Source of the DNA: Eledone cirrhosa
Taxonomy: Eukaryota
NCBI GenBank assembly: GCA_964016885.1
Contig: OZ024742.1
Coordinates: forward strand, 265,794,001-265,858,000
DNA: 64,000 nt
Reading direction: 5' to 3'
The translations under genes and the position numbers were made by a program. Under the pieces are notes generated by a model. It ran no database searches. It saw nothing but the letters and a program-made list of their open reading frames with translations, and was not told the DNA's origin. The stretch's first letter is position 1, and every line of letters starts with the position of its first letter. This document shows, piece by piece, positions 18,001-31,876 of this stretch.

Positions 18001-21000
18001 TCACCACTACCATCGCCACTACCATCACCACTACCTTCACCACTACCATCACCACTACCATCAAGACTACCATCACCACTACAATCGCTACTACCATCGC
18101 CACTACCATCACCACTACAATCGACCCTACCATCACCACTACCATCACCACTACCATCACGACTACCATAACCACTACCATCGCCACTACTATTACCACT
18201 ACCTTCACCACTACCATCACCACAACCATCGCCACTACCATCACCACGACCATCGCCACTGCCATCACCACTACCATCACGACTACCATCACCACTACCT
18301 TCACCACTACCATCACCACAACCATCGCCACTACCATCACCACCAGCATCACCACTACCATCACCACTACCATCACCACTACCATCGCCACTACCATCAC
18401 CACTACCATCGCCACTACCATCACCACTACCATCGCCACTACCATCACGACTACCATCACCACTACCTTCTCCACTACCATCACCACAACCATCGCCACT
18501 ACCATCACCACCACCATCACCACTACCATCACCACAACCATCGCCACTACCATCACCACCACCATCACCACTACCATCACCACTACCATCGCCACTACCA
18601 TCAACACCACCATCAACACTACCATCACCACTACCATCACCACTACCATCGCCACTACCATCACCACAACCATCGCCACTACCATCACCACCACCATCAC
18701 CACTACCATCACCACCACCATCACCACTACCATCACCACTCCCATCACCACTACCATCACCACTACCATCACCACTACCATCGCCACTACCATCACCACC
18801 ACCATCACCACTACTATCACCACAACCATCACCACTACCATCACCACTGCCATCACCTCCACCATCACCACTACCATCACCACTACCATCGCCACAACCA
18901 TCACCACTACCTTCACCACTACCATCACCACTACCATCCCCACCACCTTCTCCACCACCATCACCAGTACCATCACCACTACCATCGCCAATACAATCGC
19001 CACTACCATCGCCACTACCATCGCCACTACCATCGCCACTACCATCGCCACTACCATCACCACTACCATCCCCACTACCATCACCACTACCATCACCACT
19101 ACCATCGCCACTACCATGACCACTACCATCACCACTACCATCACCACTACCATCGCAACTACCATCGCCACTACCATCAACACTATCATCCCCACTACCA
19201 TTACCACTACCATCACCACTACCATCCCCACTACCATCGCCAATACCATCACCACTACCATCACCACTACCATCCCCACTACCATCACCATAACCATCGC
19301 CACTACCATCACCACTACCGTCACCACTACCATCACCACTACCATCACCATACCATCGCAACTACCATCACCACTACCATCACCACTACCATCGCCACTA
19401 CCACCGCCACTACCATCGCCACTACCATCACCACTACCATCACCGCTACCATCACCACTACCATCACCACTACCATCACCATACCATCGCAACTACCATC
19501 ACCACTACCATCACCACTACCATCGCCACTACCATCCCCACTACCATCGACACTACCATCACCACTACCATCCCCACTACCATCACCACTACCATCACCA
19601 CTACCATTGCCACTACCATCACCACTACCATCACCACTACCATCACCACTACCATCACAGCTACCATCACCACTACCATCACCACTAACATCACCACTAC
19701 CGTCACCACTACCATCACCACTACCATCGCCACTACCATCGCCACTACCATCGCCACCACCATCGCCACTACCATCACCGCTACTATCACCACTACCATC
19801 ACCACTACCATCACCACCACCATCACCACTACCATCACCACCACCATCACCACTACCATCACCACTACCATCAACAGTACCATCAGCACTACAATCGCCA
19901 CAACCATCACCACAACCATCACCACTACCATCACTATTACCATCACCACTACAATCACCACTACCATCACCACTACCATCACCACAACCATCACCACAAT
20001 CATCACCACTACCATCACCACAACCATCGCCACTACCATCACCACTACCGTCACCACTACCATCACCACTACCATCACCACTACCATCGCCACTACCTTC
20101 ACCACTGCCATCACCACTACCATCGCCAATACCATCACCATAACCATCGCCACTACTATCACCACTACCATCACCACTGCTATCACCATTACCATCGCCA
20201 CTACCATCACCACAACCATCGCCAATACCATCACCACAACCATCACCACTACCATCACCACTAGCATCACCACTACCATCCCCACTACCATCACCACTAC
20301 CATCACCACTACCATCGCCAATACCATCACCACAACCATCACCACTACCATCACCACTACCATCACCACTACCATCGCCACTACCATCCCCACTACCATC
20401 GCCACTACCATCGCCAATACCATCATCACAACCATCACCAATACCATCGCCACTACCATCCCCACTACCATCACCACTACCATCGCCAATACCATCACCA
20501 CAACCATCACCACTACCATCGCCACTACCATCCCCACTACCATCACCACTACCATCGCCAATACCATCACTACTACCATCACCACAACCATCACCACTAC
20601 CATCACCACTACCATCACCACTACCATCACCACTACCATCACCACTACCATCCCCACTACCATCACCAGTACCATCACCACTACCATCACCACTACCATC
20701 ACCACTACCATCACCACAACCATCACCACTACCATCCCCACTACCATCCCCACTACCATCACCACTACCATCGCCACTACCATCCCCACTACCATCACCA
20801 CTACCATCGCCAATACCATCACCACAACCATCACCACTACCATCGCCACTACCATCCCCACTACCATCACCACTACCATCGCCACTACCATCACCACTAC
20901 CATCACCACTACCATCACCACTACCATCGCCACTACCTTCACCACTGCCATCACCACTACCATCGCCAATACCATCACCACAACCATCACCACTACTATC

Positions 21001-24000
21001 CCCACTACCATCACCACTACCATCGCCAATACCATCACCACAACCATCACCACTACCATCACCACTACCATTACTACTACCATCGCCACTACCATCACCA
21101 CTACCATCACCACTACCATCGCCACTACCATCACTACTACCATCACCACTACCATCCCCACTACCATCACCACTACCATCGCCAATGCCATCACCACAAC
21201 CCTCACCACTACCATCACCACTACCATCACCACTACCATCACCACTACCATCGCCACTACCATCCCCACTACCATCATCACTACCATCGCCAATACCATC
21301 ACCACAACCATCACCACTACCATCGCCACTACCATCCCCACTACCATCACCACTACCATCGCCAATACCATCACCACAACCATCACCACTACCATCACCA
21401 CTACCATCACCACTACCATCACCACTACCATCACCACTACCATTCACCACTACCATCCCCACTACCATCACCAGTACCATCACCACTACCATCACCACTA
21501 CCATCACCACTACCATCACCACAACCATCTCCACTACCATCCCCACTACCATCACCACTACCATCACCACGACCATCCCCACTACCATCACCACTACCAT
21601 CACCACTACCATTGCCACTACCATCGCCACTACCATCGCCACTACCATCGCCACTACCATCGCCACTACCATCCCCACTACCATCACCAGTACCATCACC
21701 ACTACCATCACCACTACCATCACCACTACCATCACCACAACCATCACCACTACCATCCCTACTACCGTCACCACTACCATCACCACGACCATCCCCACTA
21801 CCATCACCACTACCATCGCCACTACCATCGCCACTACCATCGCCACTACCATCACCACTACCATCCCCACTACCATCACCACTACCATCACCACTACCAT
21901 CCCCACTACCATCGCCATACCATCACCACAACCATCACCACTACCATCACCACTACCATCACCACAACCATCGCCACTACCATCACCACTACCATCACCA
22001 CAACCATCACCACTACCATCCCTACTACCATCACCACTACCATCACCACGACCATCCCCACTACCATCACCACTACCATCCCCACTACCATCACCACTAC
22101 CATCGCCACTACCATCCCCACTACCATCACCACTTCCATCGCCAATACCATCACCACAACCATCACCACTACCATCGCCACTACCATCCCCACTACCATC
22201 ACCACTACCGTCGCCAATACCATCACCACAACCATCACCGCTACCATCACCACTACCATCACCACTACCATCACCACTACCATCACCACTACCATCACCA
22301 CTACCATCACCACTACCATCCCCACTACCATCACCAGTACCATCACCACTACCATCACCACTACCATCACCACTACCATCACCACAACCATCACCACTAC
22401 CATCCCCACTACCATCACCACTACCATCACCACTACCATCACCACGACCATCCCCACTACCATCACCACTACCATCACCACTACCATTGCCACTACCATC
22501 GCCACTACCATCGCCACTACCATCGCCACTACCATCACCACTACCATCCCCACTACCATCACCACTACCATCCCCACTACCATCACCAGTACCATCACCA
22601 CTACCATCACCACTACCATCACCACTACCATCACCACAACCATCACCACTACCATCCCTACTACCATCACCACTACCATCACCACGACCATCCCCACTAC
22701 CATCACCACTACCATCCCCACTACCATCACCACTACCATCACCACTACCATCCCCACTACCATCGCCAATACCATCACCACAACCATCACCACTACCATC
22801 ACCACTACCTTCACCACAACCATCGCCACTACCATCACCACTACCGTCACCACTACCATCACCACAACCATCACCACTACCATCACCACTACCATCACCA
22901 CAACCATCGCCACTACCATCACCACTACCGTCACCACTACCATCACCACTACCATCACCACTACCATCACCACTACCTTCACCACTACCATCGCCACTAC
23001 CATCACCACTACCATCACCACTACCATCGCCACTACCATCGCCACTACCATCACCACTACCATCCCCACTACCATCACCACTACCATCACCACTACCATC
23101 GCCACTACCATCGCCACTACCATCGCCACTACCATCACCACTACCATCCCCACTACCATCACCACTACCATCACCACTACCATCCTCACTACCATCGCCA
23201 ATACCATCACCACAACCATCACCACTACCATCACCACTACCATCACCACTACCATCCCCACTACCATCACCACTACCATCACCACTACCATCGCCACTAC
23301 CATCGCCACTACCATCGCCACTACCATCACCACTACTATCCCCACTACCATCACCACTACCATCACCACTACCATCACCACTACCATCGCCAATACCATC
23401 ACCACAACCATCGCCACTACTATCACCACTACCATCACCACTGCTATCACCATTACCATCGCCACTACCATCACCACAACCATCGCCACTACCATCGCCA
23501 CTACCATCACCACTACCATCCCCACTACCATCACCACTACCATCACCACTACCATCCTCACTACCATCGCCAATACCATCACCACAACCATCACCACTAC
23601 CATCACCACTACCATCACCACTACCATCCCCACTACCATCACCACTACCATCACCACTACCATCGCCACTACCATCGCCACTACCATCGCCACTACCATC
23701 ACCACTACCATCCCCACTACCATCGCCACTACCTTCACCACTGCCATCACCACTACCATCGCCAATACCATCACCACAACCATCGCCACTACTATCACCA
23801 CTACCATCACCACTGCTATCACCATTACCATCGCCACTACCATCACCACAACCATCGCCAATACCATCACCACAACCATCACCACTACCATCACCACTAG
23901 CATCACCACTACCATCCCCACTACCATCACCACTACCATCACCACTACCATCGCCAATACCATCACCACAACCATCACCACTACCATCACCACTACCATC

Positions 24001-25480
24001 ACCACTACCATCGCCACTACCATCCCCACTACCATCGCCACTACCATCGCCAATACCATCATCACAACCATCACCAATACCATCGCCACTACCATCCCCA
24101 CTACCATCACCACTACCATCGCCAATACCATCACCACAACCATCACCACTACCATCGCCACTACCATCCCCACTACCATCACCACTACCATCGCCAATAC
24201 CATCACTACTACCATCACCACAACCATCACCACTACCATCACCACTACCATCACCACTACCATCACCACTACCATCACCACTACCATCCCCACTACCATC
24301 ACCAGTACCATCACCACTACCATCACCACTACCATCACCACTACCATCACCACAACCATCACCACTACCATCCCCACTACCATCCCCACTACCATCACCA
24401 CTACCATCGCCACTACCATCCCCACTACCATCACCACTACCATCGCCAATACCATCACCACAACCATCACCACTACCATCGCCACTACCATCCCCACTAC
24501 CATCACCACTACCATCGCCACTACCATCACCACTACCATCACCACTACCATCACCACTACCATCGCCACTACCTTCACCACTGCCATCACCACTACCATC
24601 GCCAATACCATCACCACAACCATCACCACTACTATCCCCACTACCATCACCACTACCATCGCCAATACCATCACCACAACCATCACCACTACCATCACCA
24701 CTACCATTACTACTACCATCGCCACTACCATCACCACTACCATCACCACTACCATCGCCACTACCATCACTACTACCATCACCACTACCATCCCCACTAC
24801 CATCACCACTACCATCGCCAATGCCATCACCACAACCCTCACCACTACCATCACCACTACCATCGCCACTACCATCACCACTACCATCCCCACTACCATC
24901 ACCACTACCATCACCACTACCATCCTCACTACCATCGCCAATACCATCACCACAACCATCACCACTACCATCACCACTACCATCACCACTACCATCCCCA
25001 CTACCATCACCACTACCATCGCCACTACCATCGCCACTACCATCGCCACTACCATCACCACTACCATCCCCACTACCATCACCACTACCATCACCACTAC
25101 CATCCCCACTACCATCGCCAATACCATCACCACTACCATCACCACTACCATCCCCACTACCATCGCCAATACCATCACCACAACCATCACCACAATCATC
25201 ACCACTACCATCACCACAACCATCGCCACTACCATCACCACTACCGTCACCACTACCATCACCACTACCATCACCACTACCATCGCCACTACAATCGCCA
25301 CAACCATCACCACAATCATCCCCACTACCATCACCACTACCATCACCACTACCATCACTACTACTATCACCACTACCATCACCACTACCATCACCACTAC
25401 CATCACCACCCACTCCACCATAACAGCGATCACCACTACTATACCCCCACATCACCACCACCTTCACCACCACCATCGCC
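1..25480. repeat. Giant degenerate 12-bp tandem array (ACCACTACCATC)n, open at the left window edge
   Basis: Continuous ACC-ACT-ACC-ATC units with point variants; + strand nearly devoid of G; decays into (ACC)/(ACA)-like sequence at ~25400-25520. The TTTI, PLPS, HHHY, VVVM and GSGD ORFs in the track are the reading frames of this unit. Confidence 0.98.
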
Positions 25481-25814
25481 AAACCACCTCAAAAACAACA
25501 CCAACAACATTAAAAACAATCAAACTAACATTCCTTTCATGCACGATTCTTTTTTCCTTTTTTTATTCAAAGTCTTTTTTTCTTTCGTTTATTTGAATTT
25601 TTTATTTACGGCAGGGGAAATGTTTTTTTCGTATTCTTCCACCCCACCCTAACCTCCAAACCAACTGTGTAGTTGGTGAACATTCCAGCAGAATATTGCA
25701 GAATATTCCAGAATATTCTCTGGTTTCTCCATTATTTGCTGGTTATTTAGGATATTCAGGTTATTTACACCAGATAACCCCATAACTTTTCACTCCGGCG
25801 TTCAATAAATCGAA

Positions 25815-25940
25815 AGGTGAAGGTAGCTAATTCACAGAGTCGTTAGAACGTTTCAGCTCTCTGTGATATGAGTTTGTGTTCAAATCCCATCAAAGACAAA
25901 TTTGCCTTTCATCCTTTCGGGGTCGATAAAGTACCATTCC
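25815..25940 (+). mobile_element. Degraded tRNA-derived SINE (family A)
   Basis: B-box-like gtgttcaaatccc followed by tttgcctttcatcctttcggggtcgataaagtacca, the same core found reverse-complemented at 29.3, 32.4, 38.8 and 62.9 kb. Confidence 0.75.
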
Positions 25941-26154
25941 AGTGGTAGTGTCGATTATTCCTCTAATGAAATGAGAAAGAGATATGGAGGAAATATTACT
26001 CTCTCGCTCTCTTTCTCCAGAAGAAATCGATTCAGACCTGCTGACGAATGGACTCCTCCAAGTTTAAATGTCCAAGACAAGCTGTATATTCCTATGGCAT
26101 CCTCATGACTCTGCCAGAGGTTTAGGACTCACTCCGACACTCAAAGGCGTGAAG

Positions 26155-26352
26155 ACACTTGGCTTAGTAGTTATGGTGCTGGGCTCAGACCCGTAAGATC
26201 ATGAGTTTGATTCCTGGATCGAAAAAAATGAATTGTACCTGTAATTCAATTGGTAAGCCTTGTCGTGCACTGTATCACGCAGACTCTCCCTGAGAACAAC
26301 CTTACGGTTACATGTGTTTGTGGAGTGCTCAGTCACTTTCACGTCAATTTCA
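26155..26352 (+). mobile_element. Degraded tRNA-headed SINE
   Basis: A-box-like tggcttagtagtt and B-box-like gagtttgattcc; the aaatgaattgtacct segment is shared with the SINE at 35.0 kb. Confidence 0.6.
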
Positions 26353-26744
26353 TTGTGGGGTAGTTCGTCCACAATAGTACTGCAAATTATATACAACTTT
26401 CAAGAGACTAAATTTTACTTAAATGCATCAATAATAACCCATACGCTATACTGATGAGATATGAACATCTCGAAATGTGAATCTACAGATGAAATAGGAA
26501 GACACTATAGAATATTTAATTTGAACTCGATTTATACCTCACATTATGCTTTATATTAACAAAATTGATAACCTGAGAAATGTAAAATATAAAATATTTC
26601 TTGTGCCTAGAGCCTAATCAGGTTAGAGCTAATACCGGTGTTGTGTATCGTCAAGCGACTGAGAGAAAGACTATTATTGGGCGAATCACTAATTTGTCTC
26701 AAAGTTAATTGCCCAGCTGCTACTCGTATTCATTTTTATGTGAA

Positions 26745-26852
26745 TTGACTGGGAAAAGTGCCTTCTTCACAAATACAACACAACGCATTGTCTGAGAATT
26801 GAACCCATGACCTTATATAATCACTAGCCTAACACTCTAACGATTAAGCCAT
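26745..26852 (-). mobile_element. Highly degraded SINE head (family B)
   Basis: gagaattgaaccc...ctctaacgattaagccatg resembles the copies at 27.6 and 54.7 kb. Confidence 0.5.
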
Positions 26853-27499
26853 GTATATTTACTGATAGCAGGTGAAAAACAAAAGGAACGGAAAATTACG
26901 TACCAAGTCAATGATAAAACCAATCAAACAAAATCCATCGGGGCCGCAGATCACAATAAAAAAAGAAAGACCTCAATCACCTACTTCCATATTTCCTGAC
27001 CATCAGTTAATCACATATATTCCATTATCTCCTCTTCGTTGATGTTACTCAACTAACCCAAATGTGGTTTTCCTGTGCCGCTTTTATCGGAGTTTGTCCA
27101 TGTTTGAAGGATACAACATTTTAAATTAGCCACTAAACGAACGAAATTCTTTACCACCATTTCTTACTATAATGGTTGGTTGGAAAGTGAAAGAAAATTT
27201 CTCCTGTGAATAAACATTAAAATTTTCTGAAAACGTTCAGTATTTTCCTTCGTTTTAGTTTCCCTGTATACCATTAATATATGCACCACTTTGAGTTCAA
27301 CTTCCCTTAAATCCATTGATAATAACACCCTCATCATTATTTTATGTCCGATTAAATCTCCTACTCGGTCACGATTCACCATGGTTTTACAACTAGAAAG
27401 TTTCGCTCCGAGGGACAAGCCTTGTTTTGTGGAAGACCAGTAGTCGCCCGTGCATACCAGTCTCCTCTTTCCCCCGCTACCGATTTTGTCCAAGGGAAA

Positions 27500-27680
27500 G
27501 GCAATGACCGATACTGCTTGGCACTAATGAAGTCGCAACTCATTTCGACAGCTAAGTAAACTGGAGCAACGTGAAATAAAGTGTCTTGCTCAAAGACGTG
27601 ACGCATCACCCGGTCCGAGAATCGAACTCACAACCTGTCAATTGCAAGCCCAATGCTCTAACCACTAAGCCACGCGCCTT
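27500..27680 (-). mobile_element. tRNA-headed SINE with CORE-like domain (family B)
   Basis: The reverse complement has A box tggcttagtggtt, B box gagttcgattc and ttgagcaagacactttatttcacgttgctcc. Confidence 0.75.
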
Positions 27681-28966
27681 CCCGTCCGATTGCTATGTTA
27701 ACAAGGGTTGGATGATTCATCACGACACAAGTTAGTTCGTATTGGAGTTATTGGCTTTTTAGATGATTTCTGCTGCACGTAACATTCGTACATTACATTT
27801 CAGTATTGCATCTACAGCTAACCACAACCACTTTACAGAGTGTATTAGATTTTTATATATACATCTTTTATTGTGATACCAACACGAGAGAGGCTACCTA
27901 ATCCCTAGAATGACTAAAGAATCTCCCTTAATCTACGTTGTTTAGGGGCTCTCATAACCGAGAAGACGAATAGAAAGAAAACGAACTTGGACGAGAGAAT
28001 GATAGCATAGAGATGTTGATGGGGGGGGGGAAGATGTAGGCAAATAGGTGATGTAGTAATGGAAAAGAAACAGTGATGACAGTACTATACTGACTGACGA
28101 TAGGAAAGAAGATAAAAACAACACAAAAGAAGATAAGTAAAAGCACACTCAGACCTGCAAAACGAGGAATGTCAAGATTAAATGACTATTCAAAACATAT
28201 TATTTATGGTTCATCTTTAGAAAATATATTTATTAGGATATTTAACTCAACGACAAATTTTTTGTTTTACACTTCCTTCTCTTCCATATTCGTGCCATTG
28301 ACGTTATTTTTAAAAATTATTTTGTATTAATTATTATATTAACGTCGGGTTAAATTTCGTTTCAAGAAACCAAGGGCTTCCTTTCTCACTCTCTATCTCA
28401 CTCTCTCATTCACTCTCACCTTTTATCTATCTACCTCTCTCTCTCACACACACACTCTCTCTCTCTCTCTCTCTCTCTCTCGCTCTCTCTCTCTTTCTCT
28501 TCATATATATAAATACATATATACAAGTATATCACTATCATCATCGTTATATATATAATATAAGTGTGTGTGTGTATATATAGGGAGGAGAGGTGATACA
28601 TTTAAAACATCTGTATAAATGTACAAATGTGTATACCTACTACGATGTATACAAAATAGTGTTTATATTTGTTTACATGCGCCCATAGTTAAAACAAATT
28701 CAACTATCGTCAAACCTACAGATCTATATATACATATGTGTGTATGTACAAACACACACAAGCGCGCGCGCACATGTTTATATATATATATGTGTAGTGT
28801 TAGAAGGTAAGGCGACACAAGCAAGAGATGGACGGTCTCCCTTCGTCAGTTGTTTACTACGGGTCACGGATGTTTCGGCGCATTATATATATATATATAT
28901 ATATAATTCGTTTTTGAATTTGCTTTGCGAGATTTCTTATCTGAAAACGTGTGTTAAAACAGATAT

Positions 28967-29733
28967 TGTTATACTTTGGGAGGGTCATGATGCCAATAAA
29001 AACACACGCACCTGTTGGTTTTCACTTCAATTTATTATAAGTTTCCGGCTGGTTGGTTCGATAACCGGGAGGTTGTTTACATATTGTCAAAACTCTTTCC
29101 TCGCACATCCTGTGACCTCCTCAGTGACTAAGTTTTTATTTTGCGTTTCTCCTTTGTTCTGTCCTATGCAAACTTGTTTTTGTGTGTTGTGTGTTGTGTG
29201 CTTAGTTTGCACAAACTAACTGCAAAACTAGGAACGTAGTATATAGCATAAGATGTACCGAGGGACTGTAAGGAATAATAATTGTTTCTACTTTTGGCAC
29301 AAGGCCAGCAATTACTGGTACTTTATTTTATCGACCCCGTAAGCATGAAAGGCAAAGATAACCTGGGCGGGATTTGAACTCAGACCATAAAGGGCCGTAA
29401 CTGTTTGCTGCAAAGCATGGCGTCAGACCCTCTACCGATACTGCCAATCCACCGCCCTTCGAGTGTAAGGAATAATAATATAACATCCATAGGTGAAAGG
29501 ATAAGTGAACACTGGTGAGAACTCCAGGATGGGAAAAACTCATCAGTACTTTACCAACATGCCAAAATAGAACATAGGAGCACATTAGAAAACATAGAGA
29601 TAAAAATGAAGTCCACATGCAGAAAAGATGCAATACCCAGACAACCAACCAACCGGAAACATATAATAAATTGAAATGAAACCAACAAGTGCGTGTGTTT
29701 TTATTGGGAGCATGACCCTCCCAAAGTATAACA
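28967..29733. mobile_element. Non-autonomous DNA transposon (MITE) with ~95-bp TIRs, TGT...ACA ends and ATAT target duplication (Ginger-like)
   Basis: TGTTATACTTTGGGAGGGTCATG at 28967 and its reverse complement ending at 29733; the imperfect inverted match extends ~95 bp; ATAT on both sides (28963-28966, 29734-29737). Confidence 0.8.
29281..29463 (-). mobile_element. SINE family A nested in the MITE, with target-site duplication
   Basis: Full family-A sequence flanked by the direct repeat tgtaaggaataata(at) at 29267 and 29464. Confidence 0.85.
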
Positions 29734-29737
29734 ATAT

Positions 29738-31681
29738 ATCATCATCATCACCGTTTTACGTCCGTTCTTCAATGCTAGCATGGCTTAGACGGGTTGTCCT
29801 GTTGTGGGCAGTGTCTGGTCGGCTGACCATGCCTTGCTCATACAGGAACTGATTTTGGCTTGATTTCTACAGCTGGATGCCCTTCCTAACACCAACCTCA
29901 TTTACAGTGAGTGGTGGGTGCTTTTTTCCGTGGCGCCTACACGACCACTTTACAGTGTGGGCTGGGTGCTTTTTTGCCGTGGCACCTCCACGACCACCTT
30001 GCAGTGGGAGGGTGTGGGGGCATATTGTCTATATGCTTCAGCTTGTACCCATGTGAGGTCGGGTACTCTGTATTACTGCGTGACGCCAGAGGTCACGGTC
30101 GTGTGTCATCACCTTTGAGAGGTGTAATTGGGTAAGGTCGGCTTTTATCACCTCATCCCAGGTCTTCTTGGGTCTCCCCACTCCGCGGTTTCCGTTGACT
30201 TCTAGTGCTCTGCACCTTTTTATGCAGCTGTCATCCTTCATACGCATCACATGTCCATAGCAACGCAACCGCCTCTCCTGCACACAGCATTTGATTCCTC
30301 TTATGCTCAGTCTCTCTCTCAATTCATTTATGCTTTGTCGTTCGCGTATATTACTATTACACATCCATCGGAGCATGCAGGCTTCGTTTCTTTCTAATCT
30401 ACGTAAGTCTTCCACCTTCAGCGCCCAGGTCTCACTACCATGTAATATTGCTGTTCGGATACACGCATCATACAGTCTGCCTTTCATTTTGAGGGAGAAG
30501 CCTTTTGCAGCTAGCAGTGGCTGTAGTTCCCTGAACTTCTTCCATCCCGTTCTTACTCTAGTTATTGTACTTTCTGAACACCCACCTCCGCTTCTAATTC
30601 GGTCACCTAGGTAGAAGAAGCTGTCTACTGTTTCTACAGAGCCCTCCCAGAGATTGGTGGTACTTGTTTCCTGTGGCTGTTTGCTGCTTGCTGTCCCAGC
30701 ACAGCTGCTACATGTGAAGCCTACATTCTTAATTAAGCTTCCTGAGATCCCGCTACATCTCTTGTGTACCCATTGTTTGCATTTGGGGCAGAGAATGGAG
30801 TTCCTACCTACACCTTTCCTACATACTGAGCAAGGCCATTTCCCTGAGGGGATCTGGGTTCTGTTTTCTCGTCTACTTACAAGGACCTTGGTCTTTGTCA
30901 TGTTGACTTTGAGACCCTTTCTTTCTAATCCCTGCTTCCAAGTTTGGAATTTATTCTCTAGTTCTACCATAGATTCAGCTATAAGTGCGAGGTCATCAAC
31001 ATACAGGAGTTCCCATGGGCATCCGGTCTTAAACTCCTCCGTTATTGCCTGCAGGACTATGATGAACAGGAGAGGTCTAAGAACAGAGCCCTGGTGGACA
31101 CCAACCTGTACGCTAAATTCCTCGCTATACTCATTGCTAATCCTAACTTTGCTGACTGCTCCCCTATACATGGTTTGTACCACTTTCACAAGCCATTCAT
31201 CTACTCCTAGTTTTCTAAGAGCCCACCAGATTACAGCACGTGGAACTCTGTCAAAGGCTTTCTCGAGATCGATGAATGCCAGGTAGAGTAGCTTACTTTT
31301 AGCTAGGTACTTTTCCTGTAACTGCCTCACAAGGAAGAGGGCGTCAGTGGTGCCTCTACCCGGTACAAACCCAAATTGCATCTCATCTAGTTTCACCCGG
31401 TCCCTAATCAACTGTGCTATAACTCTTTCTGTTACTTTCATGACCTGGTCCATCAGCTTTATACCTCTATAGTGCCCTCTATCTAGTGCATCACCTTTAC
31501 CTTTGTAGCAGTTGACAATGATGCTACTGCACCAATCTTTTGGTATGACACCTTCCAGTATTACCTGGTTAACAATACGTGTGGTTATAGTGTGACCTAC
31601 AGACCCAGATGCCTTCAGCATCTCGGCAGCTATACCCGATGGACCCATCTTCATATCTTTGATTGCCTTACTTACTACGCT
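29738..31681 (-). mobile_element. 5'-truncated RTE-clade LINE with 3' UTR and (ATG)n tail
   Basis: RT ORF; short (cat)n tract at 29738-29750 on + strand; ~49-bp tandem duplication in the 3' region (29917-30010); the 5' end abuts (TA)n. Confidence 0.9.
30038..31680 (-). CDS. Non-LTR reverse transcriptase (RTE type) with C4HC3 PHD-like finger; endonuclease missing
   Basis: YRGIKL, QFGF, AFIDLEKAFD, GVHQGSVL, LLYVDDL, FFYLG and GRPKKTW motifs in ORF 30038-31744; the first ~21 aa are read-through from flanking DNA. Confidence 0.9.
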
Positions 31682-31876
31682 GTATATATATATACAGAGA
31701 TATCCACGGTAAGTTGTGGGGTCTAGTCTGCATGAAGAACTCAATGTAATCCATATGTTGAAAATGTTGTAGGTTAAAATAAATCCCGGAAAACATTAAA
31801 ACATTAAAAGGAAAACAGAGTCATGATATAAGTTAAAACAATGAAATAAAAAATCAAGTCATTAGAAATATACTTC

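Noticed and set aside
1-25480. CRISPR array or DGR-like variable repeats
   Set aside because: No repeat-spacer alternation, no cas genes, no template/variable repeat pair; the RTs in the window are non-LTR and PLE types.
320-25482. Very long ORFs (VVVM, GSGD, PLPS, HHHY repeats) as genes, including ice-nucleation, extensin or His-rich proteins
   Set aside because: Open in several frames on both strands at once, a direct consequence of the 12-mer unit; no unique domains.
25688-25720. Triple 10-bp repeat cagaatatt(g/c) as a regulatory site
   Set aside because: A short slippage duplication with no supporting context.
28793-28882. GAAAC...CTGACGA on the minus strand as a type II hammerhead
   Set aside because: Stems do not close; the ...agtaaa...cactaca end looks more like an LTR fragment, but it is too short to call.
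30291-31286. + strand ORFs of 107 and 210 aa (also 51044-51484)
   Set aside because: Antisense shadows of retroelement ORFs.
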